Positions 30,579 through 38,935 of a stretch of 64,000 nucleotides of DNA are shown here, one piece after another. The stretch lies in assembly GCF_056746865.1 (NCBI RefSeq), contig NZ_CM163382.1. The stretch is one strand, 5' to 3'. The notes under the pieces are model-generated. The model saw only the letters and a list, made by a program, of their open reading frames with translations, was not told the origin of the DNA and ran no database searches. Positions within the stretch are counted from its first letter, which is position 1; each line of letters starts with the position of its first letter. The position numbers and the translations under genes were made by a program.

Positions 30579-31214
30579 ATGCGTCTGACAGCAAAACAGG
30601 TGACATGGCTGAAAGTTAGCCTGCATCTTGCCGGATTGTTGCCGTTTCTCTGGCTGGTCTGGGCGATCAATCACGGTGGACTGGGTGCCGATCCGGTGAA
30701 AGATATTCAGCATTTTACCGGTCGCACTGCACTGAAATTTTTGCTGGCGACCTTGTTAATCACACCTCTGGCACGCTACGCAAAACAGCCGTTATTGATA
30801 CGCACTCGCCGCCTGTTAGGCTTATGGTGCTTTGCCTGGGCGACACTGCATTTAACCAGTTACGCATTGCTGGAGCTGGGCGTGAATAATCTGGCGTTAT
30901 TAGGCAAGGAGTTAATTACCCGGCCTTATTTAACGTTAGGAATTATCAGCTGGGTTATTTTGCTTGCTTTAGCGTTTACTTCAACCCAGGCGATGCAGCG
31001 AAAACTCGGCAAGCACTGGCAACAGTTGCATAATTTCGTCTATCTTGTCGCGATCCTGGCCCCAATACATTATCTGTGGTCAGTGAAGATTATTTCACCG
31101 CAACCGCTCATCTACGCTGGGCTGGCTGTACTGCTTTTAGCCTTACGGTATAAGAAGTTGCGTTCCCTTTTTAACCGGTTACGCAAGCAGGTTCACAACA
31201 AATTATCTGTATAA
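30579..31214 (+). CDS. msrQ: Haem-b membrane subunit MsrQ (YedZ)
   Basis: 211-aa polytopic ORF directly after msrP. Confidence 0.93.
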   Translation: MRLTAKQVTWLKVSLHLAGLLPFLWLVWAINHGGLGADPVKDIQHFTGRTALKFLLATLLITPLARYAKQPLLIRTRRLLGLWCFAWATLHLTSYALLELGVNNLALLGKELITRPYLTLGIISWVILLALAFTSTQAMQRKLGKHWQQLHNFVYLVAILAPIHYLWSVKIISPQPLIYAGLAVLLLALRYKKLRSLFNRLRKQVHNKLSV

Positions 31215-31247
31215 CTTCATATTGCCGACAAAGTACGCGTTATCCCT

Positions 31248-31281
31248 GCCGGATGCGGCGCGAGCGCCCTATCCGGCCTAC
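31248..31281. repeat. REP palindromic unit
   Basis: GCCGGATGCGGCGCGAGCGCCCTATCCGGCCTAC. Confidence 0.6.
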
Positions 31282-31417
31282 GCAGATCACATCAGGTTAT
31301 GTTTCGTTTGTCATCAACCTCAAATTATCAATATAATTCATTTTATTTCAATAAGATAGATAATTACACCTGAGAAAACTATGCTCTCATCTCCTAAGAG
31401 TTGTTGCATTTTGCCAT

Positions 31418-31434
31418 ATGTTACAATATAACAT
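31418..31434 (+). promoter_or_regulatory. Zur-box-like palindrome upstream of zinT
   Basis: ATGTTACAATATAACAT, near-perfect AT-rich palindrome about 40 nt upstream of the zinT start. Confidence 0.5.
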
Positions 31435-31470
31435 TACACATCATATACAATGACTCTGGAGGAAACTGTT

Positions 31471-32121
31471 TTGGCGATTCGTCTTCACAAACTGGCTGTT
31501 GCTTTAGGTGTCTTTATTGTTAGCGCTCCTGCCTTTTCGCATGGTCATCACTCACACGGCAAACCCTTAACAGAGGTCGAACAAAAAGCTGCTAATGGTA
31601 TTTTTGATGATGCCAATGTACAAAACCGAACGCTCAGTGACTGGGATGGAGTCTGGCAATCCGTTTATCCTTTACTGCAAAGTGGCAAACTTGACCCCGT
31701 CTTTCAGAAGAAAGCGGATGCAGATAAAACTAAAACATTTGCTGAAATTAAAGATTATTATCACAAAGGTTATGCAACAGATATCGAGATGATTGGCATT
31801 GAGGACGGCATTGTTGAATTCCATAGAAATAATGAAACAACATCCTGTAAATATGATTACGATGGATACAAAATACTCACCTATAAATCAGGCAAGAAAG
31901 GCGTTCGTTACTTATTCGAATGTAAAGATCCTGAAAGCAAAGCCCCTAAATATATACAATTTAGCGATCATATAATTGCACCACGAAAATCATCTCATTT
32001 TCACATTTTTATGGGTAATGATTCACAGCAATCTTTATTAAATGAAATGGAAAACTGGCCAACGTATTATCCATATCAGTTGAGTAGCGAAGAAGTGGTC
32101 GAGGAAATGATGTCTCATTGA
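31471..32121 (+). CDS. zinT: Periplasmic zinc/cadmium-binding protein ZinT (YodA)
   Basis: ORF 31450..32121; probable TTG start at 31471 after GGAGG; His-rich mature N-terminus HGHHSHG. Confidence 0.88.
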   Translation: MAIRLHKLAVALGVFIVSAPAFSHGHHSHGKPLTEVEQKAANGIFDDANVQNRTLSDWDGVWQSVYPLLQSGKLDPVFQKKADADKTKTFAEIKDYYHKGYATDIEMIGIEDGIVEFHRNNETTSCKYDYDGYKILTYKSGKKGVRYLFECKDPESKAPKYIQFSDHIIAPRKSSHFHIFMGNDSQQSLLNEMENWPTYYPYQLSSEEVVEEMMSH

Positions 32122-32463
32122 GTATTCTCATGATAACGCCTCGATGCCGCTTTAGTAAGTCATCATAACTGCCACTGGTCCATCCACAAACGCCACTGAA
32201 CGCAAGCTAGCTACAGACACGCTCATCACTATGACGTGTCTGTATATTAATAAGCTAACCCGCATTGAGTTAACCAATAACGGATTCCATACACAATACG
32301 GCCAACAGAGAAAGATACCTGTGCTCACGCCATTGCTTATATTGGCTGGTTACAATGTGCACTATCAATTTTTTAAATAACAAATTCTTAAAACCACATC
32401 TGTATAAGGATTTTTTAAGGTTCGTGGGATAGCTTGACTGTAAAAATTACAGGAGCTACAAAA

Positions 32464-32994
32464 ATGAACCGATTCTCAAAAACTCAAATTTATTTACATT
32501 GGATAACGCTGCTTTTCGTTGCAATAACCTATGCCGCGATGGAACTCCGTGGCTGGTTTCCTAAAGGTAGTAGTACTTATCTGCTGATGCGAGAAACACA
32601 TTACAATGCGGGTATATTCGTTTGGGTGTTAATGTTTTCACGCCTGATTATAAAACACCGTTATAGTGATCCTTCTATTGTACCACCGCCACCTGCCTGG
32701 CAAATGAAAGCGGCTTCGCTAATGCACATCATGCTTTATATAACCTTCCTTGCACTTCCTCTGCTGGGGATTGCTTTAATGGCTTACAGTGGAAAATCGT
32801 GGAGTTTCCTTGGTTTCAATGTGTCTCCCTTTGTTACCCCAAACAGCGAAATTAAAGCACTGATAAAAAATATTCACGAAACCTGGGCAAATATAGGTTA
32901 CTTTTTAATCGCAGCTCACGCTGGCGCAGCACTCTTTCATCACTACATTCAGAAAGATAATACTCTGTTACGAATGATGCCTCGCCGCAAATAA
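32464..32994 (+). CDS. yodB: Cytochrome b561-family protein YodB
   Basis: 176-aa product from MNRFSKTQIYLHW. Confidence 0.9.
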   Translation: MNRFSKTQIYLHWITLLFVAITYAAMELRGWFPKGSSTYLLMRETHYNAGIFVWVLMFSRLIIKHRYSDPSIVPPPPAWQMKAASLMHIMLYITFLALPLLGIALMAYSGKSWSFLGFNVSPFVTPNSEIKALIKNIHETWANIGYFLIAAHAGAALFHHYIQKDNTLLRMMPRRK

Positions 32995-33563
32995 GTCGAT
33001 CCCCTGACAAGGAAATGTGAACCATAGACATCAACGCGTCATAAATGTTTACGCAAGTGCACAATGCACCCTTTCCACTATCAACAAGGAGGAGCAGAAA
33101 CTGTGTAAATCGTACAATGGTAAGACTTATCAAAAATACAGGTTAATTTTGGCATTTAAACCTTTTTTACTTGTTAGTATGATACAAAGGCTTTCAAAAA
33201 AGCTGGGAAATTCAACAACTCTTGGAAATTATGGACTTTGTCCCGCGGCTTTAATCTGACGGCCGCGTTCCTTTTTTGACTCAATTATTGACCCCTTCTC
33301 TACGCAACTTCAGTTCCCACCACCAACTTTGCGGCAGTTTCATAGGATGAATGTCTAAAAGAATAATGGTGAGCGATAAGAAAACGACTGAATAACTGCA
33401 CATTTTCGCTCGAAAGCTTCCTGTCAGATCCATAGCGAATCAAGTGCTGAATGTCACAGTATCGAACAGAAAACAGTGACGATCTAACCCTTCAAGAATA
33501 TTCTACGATTGTTCTGTTTAGGAAAAGCAAGGCGGGAAGTCGGGAGATAAGTCATTGATAAAG

Positions 33564-33653
33564 TGGCGGAGAGAGGGGGATTTGAACCCCCGGTAGAGTT
33601 GCCCCTACTCCGGTTTTCGAGACCGGTCCGTTCAGCCGCTCCGGCATCTCTCC
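33564..33653 (-). tRNA. serU: tRNA-Ser (serU-type)
   Basis: Minus-strand GGAGAGATGCCGGAGCGGCTGAACGGACCGGTCTCGAAAACCGG...CTCTCCGCCA with long variable arm, 90 nt. Confidence 0.92.
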
Positions 33654-33746
33654 GTTCAGATGGTTGCCATGATGCCAGGAAATTTGGCATTTTAACAGTC
33701 CCTGTCCGTGCAATTTTGTTCAAGTGACGAGTTTGCGAGCAAAACG

Positions 33747-34544
33747 ATGATTAAGTGGCCCTGGAAAGTACAAGAATCAGCACATCAAACTGCCCTTCCC
33801 TGGCAGGAAGCACTATCGATCCCCCTTTTAACGTGTCTGACGGAACAGGAACAAAGCAAATTAGTCACTCTTGCCGAACGTTTTTTACAGCAAAAGCGGC
33901 TTGTTCCTTTACAGGGCTTTGAACTGGATTCATTAAGAAGCTGCCGGATAGCACTTCTATTTTGCCTACCCGTTCTGGAGTTAGGACTGGAATGGCTGGA
34001 TGGTTTTCATGAAGTCTTAATTTATCCTGCGCCATTTGTGGTCGATGATGAATGGGAAGACGATATCGGTCTGGTGCATAACCAACGTATTGTTCAGTCA
34101 GGTCAGAGCTGGCAGCAAGGGCCTATCGTTTTGAACTGGTTGGATATACAAGATTCTTTTGATGCTTCTGGTTTTAACCTGATTATTCATGAAGTCGCTC
34201 ATAAGCTGGACACCCGTAACGGCGATCGCGCCAGCGGAGTTCCCTTTATTCCGTTGCGTGAGGTTGCTGGCTGGGAACACGATCTTCATGCTGCAATGAA
34301 CAACATTCAGGAAGAAATCGAATTGGTTGGCGAGAATGCGGCGAGCATTGATGCTTATGCTGCCAGTGATCCTGCTGAATGTTTTGCCGTACTTTCTGAA
34401 TATTTCTTTAGCGCCCCAGAACTTTTTGCTCCTCGTTTCCCTTCATTGTGGCAACGTTTCTGCCAATTTTATCAACAAGATCCTTTGCAGAGACTGCATC
34501 GCACTAATGATACAGACTCGTTTTCGGCGACGAATGTTCATTAA
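33747..34544 (+). CDS. mtfA: Mlc-titration factor MtfA (YeeI) peptidase
   Basis: 265-aa product from [11 protein letters not shown]; HExxH motif IHEVAHK. Confidence 0.9.
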
Positions 34545-34644
34545 TTAACAACTTTGCAGATTAATTAACCAATTGAAATGACTTATGAAATTTAGTGTTG
34601 ACAGACAAGGTACCGCTAAGTAATATGCGCCCCGTTCACACGAT

Positions 34645-34720
34645 TCCTCTGTAGTTCAGTCGGTAGAACGGCGGACTGTTAATCCGTATGTCACTGGTTC
34701 GAGTCCAGTCAGAGGAGCCA
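34645..34720 (+). tRNA. asnT: tRNA-Asn (asnT)
   Basis: 76-nt TCCTCTGTAGTTCAGTCGGTAGAACGGCGGACTGTTAATCCG...GAGGAGCCA. Confidence 0.95.
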
Positions 34721-34797
34721 GATTCAAGTTTTCATGCTTATCTGTACGTTTATATTTGTTTACGATTCAGTAAGTTAGCGTGAAAATCCTTGCCGGT

Positions 34798-34869
34798 GCG
34801 TATCTGGTTTTATCTCCGCATCGGGATAATTTGGTGGTCAGATCTGGGGTCAGTTTGGTTCGATTCTGG
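34798..34869 (+). repeat. Short direct repeats (GTATCTGG / AGATCTGG / CGATTCTGG) between asnT and the integrase start; candidate integrase arm-type sites
   Basis: Three related octamers at about 34800, 34840 and 34861, plus two GGTCAG copies. Confidence 0.35.
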
Positions 34870-34882
34870 AGTGACCCCCAAA

Positions 34883-36151
34883 ATGTCTTTAAACGATTCT
34901 AAAATCCGCAAGTTAAAATCTTCTTCCCGTCCGGTAAAACTCTCCGACTCTCACGGTCTGTATCTGCTCGTCAATCCGGGCGGTTCGCGCATCTGGTATC
35001 TCAAATATCGTTTCAACGGAAAAGAATCCAGAGTCAGTCTTGGCGCATACCCGCTGGTCTCACTGGCAGAAGCCAGGCAACAGCGCGACGGTATCCGCAA
35101 GTTACTGGCGCAGAATATCAACCCGGCGCAGCAGCGCATGGCAGAGAAAGCCGCCTGCTCCCCTGAAAAGTGCTTTAAAGCGGTGGCGGTGGCGCTGGCC
35201 TGGCACAAAACCAACAAAAAATGGTCGGCTGATTATGCCGCCCGTATTCTCGCCAGTATGGAAAACCATATCTTCCCGGCGGTTGGTCATTTGCCCGTTG
35301 CCAAACTTAAAACGCAGGATTTCACTGCCCTGCTGAGGGTTATTGAGGATAAGGGCTTTCTGGAAGTCGCGTCCCGCACGCGGCAGCAACTCAGCAACAT
35401 CATGCGCTATGCCGTATAGCAGGGGCTTACCGAAAGCAATCCGGCGCAGCATCTGGATGGCGTTGTCTCCTCCCCCGTAAAGAATCACTACCCCGCGTTA
35501 CCGCTGGAGCGGTTGTCCGAACTGCTTGGCCGCATCGGTGACTATCAGCAGGGCCGGGAGTTAACCCGGCTGGCGGAGGTGCTGACACTGCACCTGTTCA
35601 TCCGTTCCAGCGAACTGCGTTTCGCCCGCTGGAGCGAGATCGATTTCAGGCACAAAATCTGGACCATCCCCGCCACCCGCGAGGCCATCGACAAAGTTCG
35701 GTTTTCGGGGCGTGGCGCAAAAATGCGTACTCCGCATATCGTACCGCTCTCCCGCCAGGCGATTGCCCTTCTGAAACAGATACAGGAGCTTTCCGGCCAT
35801 CTGGATCTGGTGTTTCCCGGCGATCATAATCCGTACAAGCCAATGAGCGAAAACACAACCAACCGGGCGCTGCGCCTGATGGGGTATGACACGAAAACTG
35901 AAATCTGCGGGCATGGACTCAGGGCAATGGCCTGTAGCGCCCTGGTGGAGTCGGACCTGTGGTCACGCGATACGGTGGAGCGGCAAATGAGCCACCAGGA
36001 GCGCAACAGCGTGCGGGCGGCATATGTGCATAAAGCAGAGCATCTGGAGGCCAGAAAGGCCATGATGCAGTGGTGGTCGGATTATCTGGATGTGTGCCGC
36101 GAGGGGTATGTTGCGCCGTACATTTATGCCCGGCAGCATAAGGCAGCCTGA
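34883..36151 (+). pseudogene. P4-type tyrosine integrase at asnT, interrupted by a single in-frame TAG at 35417..35419
   Basis: ORFs 34790..35419 and 35513..36151 share one frame and are separated only by TAG; N-terminal SLNDSKIRKLK arm-binding-type domain; C-terminal catalytic region. Confidence 0.85.
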
Positions 36152-36186
36152 ATCAGAAATAGCGTAAATCATTAAAACCGGAAAAG

Positions 36187-36217
36187 CAGATCCTGATTGA
36201 CCGGGATCTGTTTTTTT
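36187..36217 (+). terminator. Rho-independent terminator after the integrase gene
   Basis: CAGATCC...GGGATCTG hairpin followed by TTTTTTT. Confidence 0.7.
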
Positions 36218-36320
36218 GTATTGAGAGGTATTGTCGCTGTTTTTGTTATTATTAATTGGGAAGCACCGAAAATTATTCCAGTAGAATATTTGCAGTCGAT
36301 TGCCTATTAATAAATGCATT

Positions 36321-36660
36321 ATTGATAGATAATTACCTTCTGTGATTTGCCTGCAAATCACAGAAGATGAAAACCTATCAATACGGGATATTTTCACGAA
36401 AATACAAATTAATACTCCAGAATATCTGCACCAGAATATCTCCTGACCCTATACTCTGAAACCTGTAAGAACTGCATCAGATATTCAGAAACCAGACAGA
36501 TATAAGCCTGAAATTATTTGGCGTCCAATGATTTCAGGCGAAACCTATCAATGCATCTGTTTTCAACAGGCAGCCACCTTCCGTGATTCACATGTTAATC
36601 ATGGAAGGTGAAAAGCTATCAATAATCGACATTTCCACGGAATTACCACTTAATACATCC
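36321..36660. repeat. Array of three related modules, each a hairpin (palindrome) followed by a conserved box GAAA(A)(C/G)CTATCAAT-N5-a(t/c)aTTT(t/c)CA(c/a); plus one inverted box copy
   Basis: Palindromes 36337..36366 (perfect 14-bp arms), 36506..36539, 36575..36610; CTATCAAT at 36375, 36545, 36616; inverted ATTGATAG at 36321; no ORF. Confidence 0.6.
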
Positions 36661-37461
36661 CCAAAAATGCGCCATAAAATACCGGACAATCTTTCCTGAT
36701 ACAGATTATCACTGCACCAGCTATACGGAGACAAAATAATCTGCACCCGTCCTGGATAATCTGCTATCTGCGCCAGCGTCCCGCCGCTCTACCTGTTCAG
36801 TGCTGCGCCAGTACCTGGCCCTTTAGTTTTTGGCCCTTTCAGGTCAGGCGCTGTTCCCCTTATCGCCCCCTTAACCTTTATGACCCTTTCCCTTTCTGGC
36901 GCAGCCAGTTTATTTGGAAATGCTCCATGACAGTCTGCACCAGACTGTATTTTCACCACAGGATAACAATCACAAAGTGCAAAAAATAACATGAAGCACC
37001 GAAGATTCTTAATTCATATGAAGCAGGTTATTATGCCAAAAACCGTCGCAGCATTTTTATAAAATCATGAGGCATCCTGAGACCATATAATATATGTCAC
37101 AGGATACGGAAAAACACAGAGAGAATTATTCAGATATAACCCTGTGCCAGAATTAATGTGATGCCCCGGTGAATTTACATTTTAAAATTTTCCCAGCCCT
37201 GTAGTATTGGTAAAAATGATTGAAACACCTGTTATTAACAGAGAGCATTTCGTGTGATTACAGGGGTAATCACTATAATATTCCGACAAACTATATTGGT
37301 TAAGCAGGAGAATCTGATCTGTTGATATTTATTCGTCATGCTGTAACGATATTTTCACAATATAAACCCGTTCGCCCCCTGCGCCAGATCCGGAACATAG
37401 GGTACGATAAATCGCTGTCGTTACGCAGTAACGTACTATTTTGCGACATTCATGAATTCAG

Positions 37462-38346
37462 TTATTCCTCCCTCCAGCGGTATCCATACACCTGTTTCAC
37501 CCAGCGACCGCGACCGTCGCCATGACCCAGATCCGTCGCCGTCAGCGCCAGGGATTCCTTTTCGCTGAATCCCTGCGCCAGATAATGGCGGATCGCATCC
37601 TGCGCCCAGGCATAGCGCAGGGAGTGAGGGGAAAATTCCCCCTTCAGCCCCACCTTAATGACCTGTTTGTGCCAGCTCTCCAGCGCCATTTTGAGATCAG
37701 GCTTGTCGATCAGCCTGCCATTGTGTCGATCCGCGACCAGTAAGGCCTTTTCCAGAGCCTTCCTGACTGCGCCAGTATCCAGAACTGTCGTATGGCGGGG
37801 ACGCCCACCTTTGGTGCCAAACACCACTTTCAGCCGGTTTTCCCCGCGCTCAATGGCTTTCAGCCACGTTTTCAGCGACAGTGAACTCTGTACCGCTTCC
37901 TGCGAGCGTAACCCCATCAGTCGCGCGATCTCCAGCGCCGCAGCCAGCCCCGCATCCTCAGCGCGGGCTTTCTCCATAACCTGCTGGTAATGTTCCGGCG
38001 TAATGGCGCGGCGCGTACCGTTGCGTGAAGCGCCCGACACTCCCAGCGCCTTATTGGTTAGGCGTGGATGCTCCACCACCTGCCTGCGTCCAGCCTGTCT
38101 CAGCACGGCCTGCAGTGCCGCCATGTCGTTTTGCAGCGTTCGTAAACCAATATCCTGCTCCAGCCGTTCCTCAATGTAGCATTCGATATGGCGAACCCTG
38201 ATCTGCTCCACCCGCTGGATCTGGATATTCAGCGCCCGTAAATGTTCACTGAACCGTTTTGTAATATGGATACGGTCATTCACTGTTTTAAAGCTGCCGC
38301 CCGCTTTCTTCGCCAGCGCCTTCATTTCACTGCTTAATTTACTCAT
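37462..38346 (-). CDS. Tyrosine-type site-specific recombinase / integrase-family protein (294 aa), second recombinase of the asnT islet
   Basis: C-terminal HSLRYAWA...DLGHGDGRGRWVKQVYGY resembles the H-x-x-R ... catalytic-Y region of tyrosine recombinases; AGGGGA Shine-Dalgarno upstream of ATG. Confidence 0.6.
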   Translation of the reverse strand: MSKLSSEMKALAKKAGGSFKTVNDRIHITKRFSEHLRALNIQIQRVEQIRVRHIECYIEERLEQDIGLRTLQNDMAALQAVLRQAGRRQVVEHPRLTNKALGVSGASRNGTRRAITPEHYQQVMEKARAEDAGLAAALEIARLMGLRSQEAVQSSLSLKTWLKAIERGENRLKVVFGTKGGRPRHTTVLDTGAVRKALEKALLVADRHNGRLIDKPDLKMALESWHKQVIKVGLKGEFSPHSLRYAWAQDAIRHYLAQGFSEKESLALTATDLGHGDGRGRWVKQVYGYRWREE

Positions 38347-38935
38347 GAATCCCCTGCAACATAAACAAACAGTCTCCGGCGTGTGCTGTTTGGCTGCGCC
38401 AGAACGATACCTTCACGCCGGAGTGGCTGGTTGTTGAGGTTTAGGGAGTTTCAGGCTGTACGCGGTACAGACTGCCTGACGAAGCAGGGGTGTCTCCGGA
38501 GCATCGTGCCCCCCCTCGGTATCGATCTTTTTCTCCTTTACTCTGAGCTGACAGCGGCCCCAAAGGGCATGTCAGACGGCGGAAATATGGCGCAGGCCGG
38601 GACTGGCGCGGCTTGCGGCGGTATGTTGTGCAGCGTCACTTTGCCCTGTCGCTGGCGCGACCAGAGTGACACCTCGTCTGGTGCAGAGGGTAAACGTTGC
38701 GTTTCTGGTGCAGGGTGACGGTCACGCGGCAGCAAAGCCTGCTGTCTTTGCAGGCCGCAGCCCGTCAATGTAAGGCGCGGGTTGTCAGCAGAAGATAAAA
38801 CCCGGCAAAGCCAGAGTGCCAGCCCGTAAAGCCGGGTAAGCATGGCTACGAAGAAGAGAAGTGGAGAAAAAATAAATGACCGACAAATCTTATGCGGGAT
38901 GGGAATTAAACTACGCCGCTTAACTGCGGGTAACG

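Noticed and set aside
36321-36660. Possibility that the repeated modules are a CRISPR array
   Set aside because: Only three units, units are not identical, spacing is irregular (170 and 71 bp), and no cas genes are present.
38383-38843. Overlapping 111-aa (plus) and 101-aa (minus) ORFs in the GC-rich segment
   Set aside because: Mutually overlapping, no ribosome-binding sites, Arg/Gly/Ala-rich composition expected from GC-rich non-coding DNA; kept as a non-coding finding instead.
34721-38923. Search for an attR direct repeat of the asnT 3' end (CCAGTCAGAGGAGCCA) to delimit the islet
   Set aside because: No copy found by eye; I cannot exclude a degenerate copy without a computational search, so the boundary is reported as a deletion junction at about 38924.
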